64,000 nt of DNA from Octopus sinensis (lineage: Eukaryota). This document shows positions 24,835 through 39,775 of this stretch, one piece after another. Each line of letters opens with the position of its first letter. The stretch's first letter is position 1. The position numbers were made by a program, and so were the translations under genes. The notes beneath the pieces were generated by a model. The model was not told the origin of the DNA and made no database searches. It saw only the letters and a list, made by a program, of their open reading frames with translations. The stretch is taken from positions 132,308,001 through 132,372,000 of the forward strand of contig NC_043000.1 of the NCBI RefSeq assembly GCF_006345805.1, written 5' to 3'.

Positions 24835-27091
24835 GTTGTTTTTTTATATAATTAACTTCTTATTTCTAGTTCTCCTGGTTATAATTTAAAACAGCACAGC
24901 CAGGGGACCGTGAAGTCTTGTATAAAACAAGCGGAGAACAAGACCTTTTTTTTTTGAAAAGAAATAAAAAGAGAAAGCAACAAAAATATAAATAATATTA
25001 ATAATAAATAAATAAATAACAAAGAAAGAGAAGAGAGAGAAAAGAAGGAATAAAAAATAAAGAAGTAGAATAAAATAAATTAGACTACACATTACTACAC
25101 ATTCACTCATCAATCACCCATAAAATCTTAATCAGTTCTACAAGAAGTAACACTAGAGGACTACCACGCGTTTACAGACTCATGGTAGAGCCTCCATTTT
25201 TTATAAAATTCCCCTTGCTTGCTTTTATTATATGATCTGTTCTTTTTTTCAATTAGATATCTGTCGTGCACAAAGTATCTAAAATGTTTGAAGCTGAGAG
25301 TGTTTTTTGACACTTTGGTTTCATATATAAAAAAATTTTGCTGATAATATTAGCAGGTCAAAGATGCCATCCGTATATATGTTTTTTCCTCAATCCTAAC
25401 TGAATGAGCTGTGGGTCAAGTTTCATATTGCGAACATGTATGCACTTTTCATACAGCAAATCTAAGAAGCATTGTCAGAAGGCCTGAACACATTCCCAAT
25501 ATAAGAAAAGGTATGATACCGTCTCCACCTCACGTTGACAAAAAGTGCTCATGTTGCTTTCGGCCAACTTAATCTTGAATAGTAGAAAATTAGTTGCTAA
25601 AATATTGTGTATAATTCTGAATTGGAACCATCGTAGTTTAGTATCTGTTGTTGCCTTTATAGGTAGTAAAAATATTTTTTTCCATTCCAGTTCAACAGGC
25701 ATACACTCTTCCCATTTGTGTTTGAATATTAAACAAGTCTCAGCATTGTTTAAAACATAATAGTATCGTTTGGCTCCTTTCTTAACAGACATGAGCTTTC
25801 GGATAGCTATATTATCATCTAAATTTTGGAAAGCAGTAGGTTTGCTTATTTTAAATTTTGTTTGGTAGCTTTTAATAGCCCTGATTAGCTCATTATACTG
25901 GAGAAAATTTATATCTAGTTTTAAAAAATTCAGGAATTCTTCCAAGGTGCGGTAAGACCCATCTAAATTGCTAAAGTCACGAATCTGGCTAACACCTCTC
26001 TCAAACCACGCAGGAAAAAAAAAAAGATTGCCTCTTTACCAACACTTAAGTGTTTATTAAAGTATATTGGTTCATGTTATGAATTCATCAAATGAATTAG
26101 GTTCCGTCTTATTTGTAAACTTGTCAAAGGCAGAAATACAGTCATGCCAAAAATCATTCCTGATAGTGTTAGCTAGTTTGTTCGGGAAAGCGTTACCAAA
26201 TACAGCTAAATTTTTCAGTTTTGTGGAGGAGGCATGGCATGCACTTCCATTTGGATTCATCGTGAATGTCCAGCAACTTTCTCATCCAAGATAGCTTTAA
26301 AGGGCTGACGTAAGCAAAAGCTTCGATCATACCAAGTCCACCTTCTTTGACAGGCTTACAAGCAACGACTCTCTTAATTTTATCCGGTTTTTCACTCCAG
26401 AGAAATTTAAATAATATTTTGTTAAGTTCCTGGAGAAATTTACCCGGTGGATTTGGGAGAGTAAGGTAGAGATAGTTCAATTTTGAAATGAGTAGTGATT
26501 TTATAACCGCAATTCTACCCGGTGGTGTAATTATTCTTTTCATCCATCCATTTATTATTACCTAAATTTCAAATAATTTATTTTCAAAATTCTTTTTGAC
26601 CATATCCTTTAAATCTATTGAGAATAATATACCCAGAAGCTTGAAGTGATCTGGGTTTCCATTTTATATTTAAATAAGTTAAGTATCTGACTGAACTACC
26701 CTTCTTGAACCTATACATATCACCTGAGACTTATCATAGTTAATTTCAAATCCGGATATATCAGCAAAAAAATTCAAGGTGTCAACTGTAGGTTCAAAAG
26801 ACTCTTGAGAACCGTCTAAAATGAATTCTGTATCGTTTGCATATTGCGTCAAAACAGATACTTCCCACCATCAACTGTAATTCCTTTAATATATCGTTTT
26901 TTTTCTTATAAGACCAGCCAGGACCTCGACGCAAAAGATAAAAATACATGGAGAGAGGATCGCCCTGTCTACAGCCTCGCTCAACAGGGAACCAAGGAGA
27001 CAATGTACCGTTAATTCTCAGGCAAGATCTAGCACCATCGTATAGAATATTAAACCACTTATGGATGTCGTCACCAAAACCCAAAAAGTTA
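24835..27091 (-). mobile_element. 5'-truncated L1/Tx1-clade LINE, degenerate
   Basis: [15 protein letters not shown] (YADD), GRIAVIKSLLISKLNY, zf-RVT-like KLRWFQFRIIHNILATN...FCQREVET; 3'UTR boundary approximate. Confidence 0.88.
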
Positions 27092-27520
<429 letters not shown>

Positions 27521-28452
27521 TATGTGCCTAATAAATAAAAGAATTACGAAACCTCTCCTCGCCCTTTACTCACAAACCATTCATTCTAACAGTTCTGTCA
27601 CAACAATCATTCGGTACCAATTACTAAAATTAGTTTGTTTAAAGTATAATACCGCATCAAAAACTACCCGAGATATCGATATAGCTAAAATCAATATTTT
27701 TTCTATCATTGTCAAAACTGGAAGAGCAGCACCCATTATTTTCCCCAGGACTTGCAAAACTGCTAAGAGAAAGGGGAAAAAGAAAGGCCTACCTACAAAA
27801 GTGAGGTCTCTATCCCGACTTAGTTTTCTTCATAACTACCTTAAAATTTGAGAATTTTTAATGAAAATTTCAGGGGATACATTTTAGATGGTCACGATTA
27901 CGGTTTTGTCGGAAAAAAACTGTAACAAAAAAATTTTGGACGAGTTTTAGATACCTCTCCTTTTCCCTATGACTTTCCATCTCATTTTGCTCATGAAAAT
28001 TCCCTGAAAATTCTCATTGGAAACATATTTCTCTTGTGATTACACTGGAAATTTTTTGAGAAAGGAAGAAATATTAAATAAAACTTGAAGTGGGAAATAA
28101 TCTGAAATCTTAAAATGTTTTTAAAAATTAAAATTTGATCAAAATAATCGTACTCTACACTTCTGAAGACGTACCTCTGGAAAACTTCATGAAGCAAAAA
28201 TACATTTAGCGAAGTCCGGTGTGTCTGAACCGAAAGTTTATAACAAAGAGACTTTGTTAAAAGCAAACAACGTGTGAGGTGGTGGTGTTAAACAGGGTGG
28301 AGGATTAAGTTAGGTGTCAATCTAATGTGCGTCCCACTTTCGATTACTGGTGTGGGTCTAGCCAAGAATGGTAGAAGACACTTACCCAAAGTGCCAGCAT
28401 CACATGCTTTGGAATCAGACTTTATAACAAACCACACAGCTACTATTACTGT

Positions 28453-28834
28453 TTAGGAGGCGCAATGGCCCAGTGGTTAGGGCAGCGAACTCGCGGTCGT
28501 AGGATCGGGGTTTCGATTCCCGGACCGGGCGTTGTGAGTGTTTATTGAGCGAAAACACCTAAAGCTTCACGAGGCTCCGGCAGGGATGGTGGTGATCCCT
28601 GCTGTACTCTTTCACCACAACTTTCTCTCACTCTTCCTGTTTCTGTTGTACCTGTATTTCAAAGGGCCAGCCTTGTCACTCTCTGTGTCACGCTGAATAT
28701 CCCCGAGAACTACGTTAAGGGTAACGTGTCTGTGGAGTGCTCAGCCATTTACACGTTAATTTCACGAGCAGGCTGTTCCGTTGATCGGATCAACCGGAAC
28801 CCTCGTCGTCGTAACCGACGGAGTGCTTCCATCC
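28453..28834 (+). mobile_element. SINE family C, tail type 3
   Basis: 11-bp TSD ACTATTACTGT (28442-28452 / 28835-28845); matches 30508-30873. Confidence 0.92.
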
Positions 28835-29939
28835 ACTATTACTGTACCCATTCATATGAAGGATATTAGTAGAATTTGTAGTCCAAACACAACGTTAATT
28901 CAACATGCCTAACATGACAGAAAATAAATAATGAGCTGTTGTAGAGGCCAGATGTTTCTTGATAACTTAAACCACTTATATGCATTTGCAGTGAATGAAG
29001 TTGTTAGCAATATATTTAATCATTAATATGTCAGCCTATATAGCAGAATCTATATATATTATCTAGAGAGATAGGGTCTTTCCATAAGAAGAACAAATTT
29101 ATATCTTTAGCACTAGATCTGTCAAAAAGAAAACAAAAATAAGAAACCCAAAGAGGTGTTGAATTTAATGATGAATACACATGTGCCATTTGTATACACT
29201 CATAGACAAATGCATATATTCAGCACTATAGATTCCATTGAAAGGCTGGTTGCTGCGTTGGGGGGCCAAATATTTTATTACAAAGAAAATATTGAATTAA
29301 AATCAAATAATGACATATACAATTTCACATATTCTTTAAAGATATGCCAGGTTTTCAAATACTATATATTTGGTGCCTTGATAACAAACTTTCAAAATTC
29401 TATGATTAACAATCTTGTTGCTGTTGTTACCGTCTAGTTCTAGACAGTCTTGATCGAGCAGTTTAATTCATTTATCTTTCTTTTTCATAATTTATGGCCA
29501 CCCCACTCCAAAAGAAAATTTGACATGCAAGCGATGCTTAATTAAAAGATAATGATGATGTGTTGATTTATATAGGGTGTGAGGGGTATTAGTAACACTT
29601 AATTATCAGTATATTACTTTCTTCAAACCAATTAAAATGTTATTTTATTCCTTTCAGAGGATTGCTGTGTGTAAATGCTTGTGCATAGATTTGTTGCTTA
29701 TATGCGATTTAACACTTTTCTTTCACAAGATTTATATTTGTCTGAAATGTATGTATTTACATATTTAACGGCACTCGCGTACTCTAGTTTTTGCAGTTTT
29801 CTTTACACCAGACACTTTAACTATTAGACATTGCCGGGTTTGGTAAACGCAAAATAATTCAGTTGTCGCTCAATCTGTTGACAAGGGCAGCTCAAACTCC
29901 CGCAAATCACACAGTTAACTAAAAGGTATGCTAAACGAT

Positions 29940-30201
29940 GTGGAGGCGCGTGGCGTAGTGGTTAGGGTGACAGCATCATGATCGTAAGTTTTGTGGTTTC
30001 GATTCCTGGACCGGGTTACGCATTGTGTTCTTGAGCAAACCACTTCATTTCACGTTGCTCCAGTCCACTCAGCTGGCAAAAATGTGTAACGTTGCGATGG
30101 ACTGGCGTCCAGTCCAGCTGGGGAACACATACGCCATTGAAACCGAGAAACCAGGCCCATGAGCTTGGCTAGGCTTTAAAAGGGCGCATTTATATTTTAT
30201 T
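29940..30201 (+). mobile_element. SINE family D (tRNA head, CORE-like body, GCGATGGACTGGCGTCC tail)
   Basis: 13-bp TSD TATGCTAAACGAT (29927-29939 / 30202-30214); A and B boxes present. Confidence 0.9.
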
Positions 30202-30507
30202 TATGCTAAACGATATTATTCCTGATATACAAGCGACAAAATTGTTAGGAGGAAAATGCCTTTCACTTCGATTTTAATATCTTTCTTATAGTTTTTCGAA
30301 TACAGCTGACCTGAGACTACACGACAACACTAAATTTGACTCAGATTCAACGACGGCAAGTCTTTATGCGGGCGCACGACCTTTGAGATATATTAGCATA
30401 ATTTCTCTCAGATCGCACCCTCCCGTCTTAAAGCAAGAAAGGATACTTTGAAAACTGTAGCCTCTTATATACAAACAGATGATTATATATATATGTATGT
30501 ATATATG

Positions 30508-30873
30508 TTGGCACTCCGTCAGTTACGACGACGAGGATTCCAGTTGATCCGATCAAAGGAACAGCCTGCCCGTGAAATTAACGTGCAAGTGGCTGAGCAC
30601 TCCACAGACACGTGTACCCTTAACGTAGTTCTCGGGGGAGATTCAGCGTGACACAGAGTGTGACAAGGCTGGCCTTTTGAAATACAGGTACAATAGAAAC
30701 AGGAAGATAGCGTGAGAGAAAGTTGTGGTGAAAGAGTACAGCAGGGTTCGCCCCCCCCCCTGCCGGAGCCTCGTGGAGCTTTAGGTGTTTTCGCTCAATA
30801 AACACTCACAACGCCCGGTCCGGGAATCGAAACCGCGAAATCCGCTACCCTAACCACTGGACCACTGCGCCCC
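30508..30873 (-). mobile_element. SINE family C, tail type 3
   Basis: Reverse-complement match to 28453-28834. Confidence 0.9.
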
Positions 30874-30892
30874 TAATTATATATATATATAT

Positions 30893-30951
<59 letters not shown>

Positions 30952-30992
30952 TGTACACACACACATACATATATATTCTTTTATTCTTTTAT

Positions 30993-31071
<79 letters not shown>

Positions 31072-31114
31072 TCTTTTATTCTTTTATTCTCTCACTCTCT
31101 CTCTATATATATAT

Positions 31115-31304
31115 TCTTTTATTCTTTTATTTGTTTCAGTCATTTCATTGCGGCCAAGTTGGAGCACCGCCTTTAGTCGAACAAATCGACCTCAAGTCTT
31201 ATTCTTTTGTAAGCCTACTACTTATTCTATCGGTCTCTTTTGCTGAACTGCTAGTTTACGGGAACGTAAACACACCAACGTCGGTTTGTCAAGCGACGGT
31301 GGGT

Positions 31305-31344
<40 letters not shown>

Positions 31345-31504
31345 AGAGCTTCTTTTAGTTTCCGTCGACCAAATCCAGTCACAAGGCTTTTGTCGGCCTG
31401 TGGCTATAGTAGAAGACACTTGCTCAATTGCCACGCAATGGGACTGAAGCTGGAACCATGTGGTTGGTAAGCAAACAGCTTACCACACAGTCAGTCCTGC
31501 GCCT
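31115..31504 (-). mobile_element. SINE family A
   Basis: Consensus match. Confidence 0.9.
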
Positions 31505-31815
31505 ATGCACATATATATATATACACACGCGCGTGCACACACACACACACACATATACAGTGCAGACGGCCTTCGAACATCGCATAGTCTCTCTCAGCAC
31601 TTGCTAAACAACAGCAGTAAAGATACATAGACTTAGCACTGAAAAGTGAAGAAAATCTATATCCTATGTTTTTGAAGTGAGCTCCACAGGAAGCACTCTC
31701 TTCCTGATAACCTCCCATACAACTCCAAATCAACCGGACAAGCATACCCCCAGAAAGACCTGGAGTTGAAACGCTCAGCATACAAAAATAATAATAATAA
31801 ATAAATAAAATGAAA

Positions 31816-32219
31816 CAGGAGTGGCTGTGTGGTAAGTAGCTTGCTAACCAACCACATGGTTCCGGGTTCAGTCCCACTGCGTGGCATCTTGGGCAAGTGT
31901 CTTCTGCTATAGCCCCGGGCCGACCAATGCCTTGTGAGTGGATTTGGTAGACGGAAACTGAAAGAAGCCTGTCGTATATATGTATATATATATGTGTATG
32001 TGTGTGTTTGTGTGTCTGTGTTTGTACCCCTATCATTGCTTGACAACCGATGCTTGTGTGTTTACGTCCCCGTTACTCAGCGGTTCGGCAAAAGGGACCG
32101 ATAGAATAAGTACTGGGCTTACAAAGAATAAGTCCTGGGGTCGATTTGCTCGACTAAAGGCGGTGCTCCAGCATGGCTGCAGTCAAATGACTGAAACAAG
32201 TAAAAGAGTAAAAAGAGTA
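31816..32219 (+). mobile_element. SINE family A
   Basis: Consensus match, low divergence. Confidence 0.92.
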
Positions 32220-32289
32220 TTCATGTGCATATTTCCCGAAGACTTGAATAAGAAACATTTATATAAAGCGAAGCCTGTGTTGGACTCGT

Positions 32290-33074
32290 GACTGTTACAT
32301 CACATCACATTTCGAAGGATATACAGTCGCAATCGAAGAACAGGAGATTGCTACTAAATACCTAATCAACAACAGAGACCGAAAATGTAGCTTATGTCAT
32401 ATTTCTGTGGAATATATCACACATGTGATTAGCAGCTACTCAAAAGTGTCATCAAAGTACTACCTCCTGATGCGACATGACGTTGTCGCAATAACAATAT
32501 ACAATACCATTAGGAAAAAAGATTGTCCTGGAATAAATATAGACAATCCCCCTATTATTGAATATGTACACAAATATGAGTACAATGAATATTGATGAAA
32601 CATCCCCATCGAAACATGTCAAGTGTAAGCATAACGGGCCAGATATTGTTGTTTGGGATACCTAACAGGCTAGATATTGTTGTTTGGGAAAGACGAGGTC
32701 AGCTATTCTGCTGATGAGAATACCTCTTTGAAAATCAAAGAGAAAGAAGATAACTATGAACAACTACTTCGAAACTTCCAGCTTCTATATCCAGATTACC
32801 GATTGACATTTATACCAATAATAATTGGTGTAGTTGGTTTTGTAAGGAAATGCCTAACTGTCAGTCTGGATAAACTTGGATTTTCAGAAAAAGAAATCAA
32901 GCAACTGTCTCGCACATTACAAATACAGTCTGTAAGCAGAACAGCAGAACTATGCAAGACTTTTCTCAGGTTTAAAATCTGACATTGTTTTCCTCATCTA
33001 CATTCCAAAGATGGAGCTTTGTTTCTTTGTTAGAAACCAGCTCCTTCTTCAGAGGAAGAATTTAATTAATTAGA
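32290..33074 (+). mobile_element. R4/Dong-like LINE 3' fragment
   Basis: KCSLCH...HVISSY...YYLLMRHD, KHNGPDIVVW, KIKEKEDNYEQLL; 3'UTR runs into (CA)n/(CACG)n. Confidence 0.82.
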
Positions 33075-33123
33075 AACACACACACGCACGCACACACGCA
33101 CGCACACGCGCACGCACGCACAC

Positions 33124-33155
<32 letters not shown>

Positions 33156-33202
33156 GCACACACACACACACATAGACATACAAACAGACACACACACACA
33201 TA

Positions 33203-33457
33203 TTCTTTTATTTTTCTATTCTTTTACTTTTTCCAGTCATTTGACTGCGCCCATGCTGGAGCACTGCCTCGAAGGTTTTAGTCAAACAAATCGAACCCAG
33301 GACTTATTTCTTAAACCTAGTACTTATTCTATCGGTCTCTTTTGCCGAAGTCACGGGGATGTAAACACACCAACACCGGCTGTCAAGCGGTGATGGGATA
33401 CAAACACAGATAGATACAAAGACACACACACACACATAGATACATAGATGCATACAT

Positions 33458-33505
<48 letters not shown>

Positions 33506-33650
33506 GACGGGCTTCTTTCAGTTTCCGTCTATCAAATTCATTCACAAGATTTTGGTCGGTCCGAGGCTATAGTAGATGACACTTGCCCAAGGTGTCTCAC
33601 AGTGGGACTGAACCCGGAACCATGCGGTTACGAAGGAAGCTTCTTACCAT
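33203..33650 (-). mobile_element. SINE family A variant
   Basis: Consensus match with an extra GAAGGTT segment; a similar insert is present in the copy at 48733. Confidence 0.88.
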
Positions 33651-33930
33651 AGAATGTATATCCTATCATAATGGAATCTCGATTACATTTCTTTAGAGGG
33701 GAAAGTTAGCTTGATGATTCCTCTGTTTTATTAATAATGTAGATGACGAAAACCTGAGAAAAGTCTTGCATAGTTCTGCTGCTCTGCTTACAGATTGTAT
33801 TTATAATGTGCGAATCAGTTGGTTGATTTCTTTGAGTCTAATAACTAAATCTTTGATACTAATTCACCAGAAATGTATTAGTATGAAATGCGCGCGCGCG
33901 CACACACACACATCGACACATCGGGGTAAA

Positions 33931-34165
33931 TTTAGTAAAATATTTGTTGCTGTCACTCAAATTTTAGCTTGAAATCCAACCAAAGGCTAAATGGCTGGAT
34001 CGTCTTTTAATCATAGATCTTCTCGATTAAAGCTGAAGCGAGCCCAAGCATTGTCTAGATGTACTATATGGTTTAGCTACCGATAGGGGTTTTTTTCCAA
34101 ACCATTTAGCCTTTGGTTGGATTTCAAGCTAAAATTTGAGTGACAGCAACAAATATTTTACTAAA
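33931..34165. repeat. Perfect 64-bp inverted repeat with 107-bp spacer
   Basis: 33931-33994 is the exact reverse complement of 34102-34165. Confidence 0.95.
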
Positions 34166-34647
34166 CCTTCTAAAAATAGCTGTCAAACTTCACTTAAATT
34201 GCAAAACCCTTCAGTTAGGAAGAAGAAGGGTCACACTGGACAGTATATGAGGGTCACACTCCCTGATATGAGAGAAAAAAAAAGGGGAAAACAAGATACT
34301 TATGACTGAAACGTCTTTGAGCATAGGTTTGTTTGATCAAGGCTAACCTAAAGATAACTACCAATACTACTACGACCACCACCAACACTAGTATACACTA
34401 GTACGACAATAGCACACCCCACCACAATAAACAACAACAAACAGATCATAAATAGAAATACCTAAAAGGTTTCATTCATTTTATTTTAAGCTCTATTGAA
34501 ACAAACATTATTAGAGCAGCATTGATTTTTGTCCGTTTCCGGGCCTTTTCAAATATTGTGTAAACTGGTTTATGTTTGCATTTTCTGACTTGACTTCATA
34601 TTAACCCAAGAGAATTACTTTAATGTTCACTTACTCAGCGAATCGTG

Positions 34648-35185
34648 AAGCCGTGTGGCCTGGTGGTTCGGGTGATGCTCGCAAGATTGTGGGTTTGATT
34701 TCCGGACCGGGCGGTACGTTGTGTTCTTGAGCAAAACACTTCGTTTCATGTTGCTCCAATCCACTCCTTCTTTCTCGAGCCACGCCTGGCTCATAAGGGC
34801 AGGTTTCCCGGTTTTCTTGGCGTATAGGTTCCCCACATGGACGGGACGCCGGTCCGTCGCAGGTGAGCTGCAAGATGCAGGAGGGAAGGGTGAGAGAAAG
34901 TTGTGGCGAAATAGTCAGCAGAAGAAGTTCGCCATTACCTTCTGCCGGAGCCGCGTGAGCTTAGGTGTTTCGCTCATAAACACACACATCGCCCGGTCTG
35001 AGATTCGAACCCGCGATCCCTCAACCGCGAGTCCGCTGCTCTAACCACTAGGCCATGTGCCTCCACTCCAGTCCACTCGGTTGTGAATGAGTAATCCTGT
35101 GATGGACTGGTGTCCCGTTCAGGGGGAATGTTCTCTTCTCGATCCACCCACACGTCATGGAAATCGAGTAGCGGACCCTTTGACT
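34648..35185 (+). mobile_element. SINE family D interrupted by a C-type SINE
   Basis: 34648-34766 and 35066-35185 are collinear with 29940-30201. Confidence 0.75.
34767..35066 (-). mobile_element. SINE family C, tail type 4 (D-like tail)
   Basis: TSD CTCCAATCCACTC / CTCCAGTCCACTC; matches 56657-56954. Confidence 0.88.
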
Positions 35186-35318
35186 AGAGACTGTACTTAT
35201 GTACTCAACACGTCATGGCTGACACCTTCGGATTGTGCTGAATTAATTAAAGGTCTAGGTTTCTGGCCCATATGGTCACCATCTATATCTAATGCGCTTT
35301 CGTTAATTTGTAGACATT

Positions 35319-35533
35319 AAGGCGGTGAGCTGGCAGAATTGTTAGCTCGCCGGGCGAAATGCTTAGCGTCATTTTACCCGTCTTTACGTACTGAGTTCAA
35401 ATTCCGCCGATGTCGACTTGCTTTTCACCCCCTTTCGGAATTGATAAAATAAGTACCAGTTGAAGATTGGGATCGATGTAATCAACTTAACCCTTCCCCG
35501 AATTTGCTGACCTTGTACAAAAATTTGAAACCA
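35319..35533 (+). mobile_element. SINE family B, short-tail form
   Basis: Consensus match. Confidence 0.85.
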
Positions 35534-36356
35534 TGAATTTGTAAACATCAACAGAGTTAATGTACAGATGTTATTGGCAGTTTACGCTTGTAGAATACAA
35601 ACACTTCGATTAATGTCAACATTTCGTGTCCTCTCTGGTCAACATATACCGACAGTAGACTGCCTAGAAAAGTATATATGATATTTATTGCAAAAATTTA
35701 TTCATTGCCATTTAATAGACATAATATTAATATCTAAAGGAGGAGCAATAATAAATTACATTAATGCAATACTGTTATCGTTTTCTCAAGAGTAACGCTC
35801 TAGAATTGCCTACAATCCTGAAAGTGGGTCATGGACACATCGTTAGAAGGTGGGGACGTAAAATAAGATTGGGACAATCATGTCTTTCGCAAAATCATCA
35901 ACAAACTCTCTAGATGCCATTTAGCACACTACTTGAATGTTCCTTAACATAAATAGAGCGAAAAACATAACAGCCATCTGCAAGTAACCCAACTCCGTTT
36001 ATAGAAATAAAATAAACACATATACGGATTACGAACTCAATAACTCTCTAATTACACTTATGATTAATATGAAAATAGATAGATATTCATACTACATATG
36101 GTTAAAATAAAAGCGAACACTTTTAAAAGGACCGTTAAATTCATTTACTATGAAAAATGGCTTTGAAAATGATTCTGTTTATGATTCTGTTAGTACTAAT
36201 AGGTTGCATTTATAGTTTTTAAAACATTAAAAACAAATAAAACTCTCGATTATCTGCCGAGCTTCTCGCTTTCTGTCTCTCTTTCTCTTTCACTAAAATA
36301 CGTGTGTGTGCGTGCGTGTGTGAGTGTGAGTGTGCGCGCGTGTATGCGCGCGCGCG

Positions 36357-36389
<33 letters not shown>

Positions 36390-36431
36390 GCGTATATACA
36401 TGTATATATATATATATATGCGTATATACAG

Positions 36432-36469
<38 letters not shown>

Positions 36470-36947
36470 GCATATATACAAACATATATGTACATACTTG
36501 CATATACATGTATATACATATACCTATATGAGCACAAGACATCACAGTACGTAAACAACATGAAATACGAAAACAACAAGAAATTCGAAAAAATGGAATG
36601 CGAATTTTTTTTTTTGCGAACAACGAAAGAAACAAACGGAAAACAAGACAAGCAACATAAAAAAACGACTCTTCATCAGTTGTCGGCTGTTTTTCTACTT
36701 CGTATTTCGAGCAATTCACAAGATACGTCTTCGACAAAACAGTTCCTCCCGCAAAGCAAATTAAATAGTATTTGGGATTTGTGGAGAGTCAAAGCTGGTA
36801 ACAAAAACAGGATAGTGAAAACAAAACACGAAGGCCTGCTAACCCTCAGCGAGATGAGTTGGCGAACTCGGAGGAACAAGCCTGAGGTTGATCGGAAGGA
36901 AAGAAAGAAAAGATGGCCGATGGTCACGTGCGAGCAACGAGAGAGCA

Positions 36948-37361
36948 AGGCGCGGGCATGACTGTGCGGAAGTAGCTTGCTTACCATCTACATAGTTTCG
37001 GGTTCAGTCCCGCTGCGTGGCCCCTTGGGCAAGTGTCTTCTACTATAGCAGCCGATGAAAGCCTTGTGAGTGGATTTGGTAGACAGAAACTGAAAGAATC
37101 TCGTCGTATATATATATATATATATATATCTGTGTGTGTGTGTGTGTGTATGTTCGTGTGTGTGTGTTTATCCCCCCCATCATCACTTGACAACCAATGT
37201 TGGTGTGCTTATTTCCCCGAAAGCTAGCAGTTCGGCAAAAGAGACCGATAGGATAAGTACTAGGCTTACAAAATAAGTCCTGGGGTCGATTTGTTCAACT
37301 AAAGGTAGTGATCCAGCATGGCTGCAGTCAAATGACTGAAACAAATAAACGAGTAAAAGAA
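36948..37361 (+). mobile_element. SINE family A
   Basis: Consensus match. Confidence 0.9.
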
Positions 37362-37380
37362 TATATATACGTATGCATAT

Positions 37381-37415
<35 letters not shown>

Positions 37416-37416
37416 T

Positions 37417-37503
<87 letters not shown>

Positions 37504-37566
37504 AAAAATGAAGTTAACGCAGGTGTATTTTTTTCGTGTTAATTGTTAACAAGGTAAAAAATACAC

Positions 37567-37622
<56 letters not shown>

Positions 37623-37623
37623 A

Positions 37624-37655
<32 letters not shown>

Positions 37656-37761
37656 TCGTTCTATTACGTTTATATATTGAGACCACGCATGTATATATAT
37701 ATATATATATATACATGCGTGTGTGTCAATATATAAACGTTAATAGAACGAATAAAAGGAA

Positions 37762-38262
37762 TGATCTGCCCTGTCCACAAAGGAGGAAGCAGAGCAGACG
37801 CTATAAACTACAGGCCTGTCTCTCTGACCTCACATGTCAGCAAGATTATGGAACGCATTGTCAGAAAAAGACTGACCACGTTCCCAGAGGAAAATGACTT
37901 GCTTACATACACGCAACATAGTTTTCGTCCTGAAAGGAGCTGCCTAACACAGCTACTACAGCACTGAGTACTAAAACAACAGCTCAACCATTCAAATGTG
38001 GATGTGATATATCCGACTTTGCCAAGGACTTTGACAAAGTCGATCGTGGGATGATATGTCACAAATTGCATGACCTCGGGTTTACTTGTAGACTGGGAAA
38101 GTGGCTGCATGATTTCTTGACTAGCAGAAGTCAGGCTGTCACAGCAAATGATGCTCTCTCTGAAGCGAAACCAACCCTCAGTGGAGTCCCCCAGGGAACA
38201 GTGCTGGGACCCCAATTTTTTGTGGTTGCTCTCTCGGACATGCCCTCAGCCATAGAGTTAGC
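37762..38262 (+). mobile_element. CR1-group LINE RT fragment
   Basis: ICPVHKGGSR...NYRPVSLTSHVSKIMERIV, QHSFRPERSCLTQLL, FDKVD, SGVPQGTVLGP; stop and frameshift. Confidence 0.85.
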
Positions 38263-38522
38263 CACATACATATATACATATTGTCTCTTCATGTATATAC
38301 GAACATCTGTGTGTATGTGCACATATTTTGTTTGCAAAAAGTTTATACTGTTATGTAATCTTGTAATATGTTTACACATTAGTGTGTTTATATGTGTTTA
38401 GGGTGTCTCTTTTATTTACATTTTATTATTGTCTTAGGGGTTTCAGAAGAGCAGAAAGTCGAAATTGCAATTCTAAAGACAATCACGCGAGCGTACGCAC
38501 GCGCACACACACACACACACAC

Positions 38523-38554
<32 letters not shown>

Positions 38555-38561
38555 GCGCACA

Positions 38562-38609
<48 letters not shown>

Positions 38610-39560
38610 CTCTCTCTCTCGTCTCATTTATTATTTTCTCAACTCTTGTTTTACTGTCCCTCTGACCTGTTATGATAACACTCATTTACCGCAATATTTG
38701 CCAATCTAACACAGACACATTATACACGCATTCAATATCTCATATAAATTCTTATACACACATGCATTAATTTTAGCACCCGTCATATATATTCACAGTT
38801 CGGTAAACGTTGCAGCAGACTTTTTCCCTTGGGCAACATATGACTATCTACAAGGCCAACACAGGAGTGAAAAAATTATTGTAGTAAGTTTGTAATTATT
38901 AAACATCTGTTATTGTTGCAACAACAATATTCCGGTTTCAAGTTCCAGTCAGTCTCCTGCTGTTTTATGGTTTTATGACACGAAGAGACAGGGGTGGGGG
39001 GACGGTGTGAATAAGATATTTGTCTTGGGGCAAGACTCAACTGTATTTGAAATTTAAAATGTTCTAATAAATAGTTCATTATTTAATCAACATATACCGC
39101 ATATTTAGAGTGCATGAAAAGAGAGTTTATATGGCTGCCCAACCAGTTGTAATAGCGCTAGGGATAAGTCGACCAATAATTTTCAAGCATATGACCATGG
39201 TGTTCAACCCATCGCGTCCCAGGAAGTCAGTTTCTCTTCCATGTGTACGTTCTTGCTCGGGTTTTTGTCTAACGCACAGTTTTTTTTTTTGCTGATTTTA
39301 TTATATAACTTTACGGAGATGTACTCGCAGAGCAAGTAATTTGATCTGAGACCGTGTGCTGAAACGAAAACAATTGCAGCGTACGTTCAAATAGCAACCA
39401 TTTTTTCGTAATCCACACGTGAGCATCTTAAACAAATGGACACGTTAAATAATGTATTTCACAAGCATACACACACACACACTCACACAAAAATAAAATA
39501 AAGATGTGATCATGCCCGAAATGTTTTAATCATTGTAAGGATGACCTAGGGTTAAATAAG

Positions 39561-39775
39561 CCTTTCTTCTATAGGCACAAAGCCTGAAATTTTGGGGGAG
39601 GGGGCTTGTCGATTACATCGACCACAGTAGTCTACTGGTACTTATTTTATCGACTCCGAAAGAATGAAAGGCAAAGTCGACCTCGGCGGAATTTGAATTC
39701 AGAACGTAAAGGCATAACGTAAATGCCGCTAAGCATTATGCCGGGCGTGTCAACGAATCTGCCAGTTCGCCCCTT
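39561..39775 (-). mobile_element. SINE family B, short-tail form
   Basis: Consensus match. Confidence 0.85.

Noticed and set aside
27860-28270. DNA-transposon-like subterminal sequence (also 1-540 and 41780-42070)
   Set aside because: No paired TIRs or TSDs could be defined
36660-36745. Minus-strand CTGATGA with a nearby GAAA as a hammerhead
   Set aside because: Could not form stem I or a valid A-U closing pair with an NUH site
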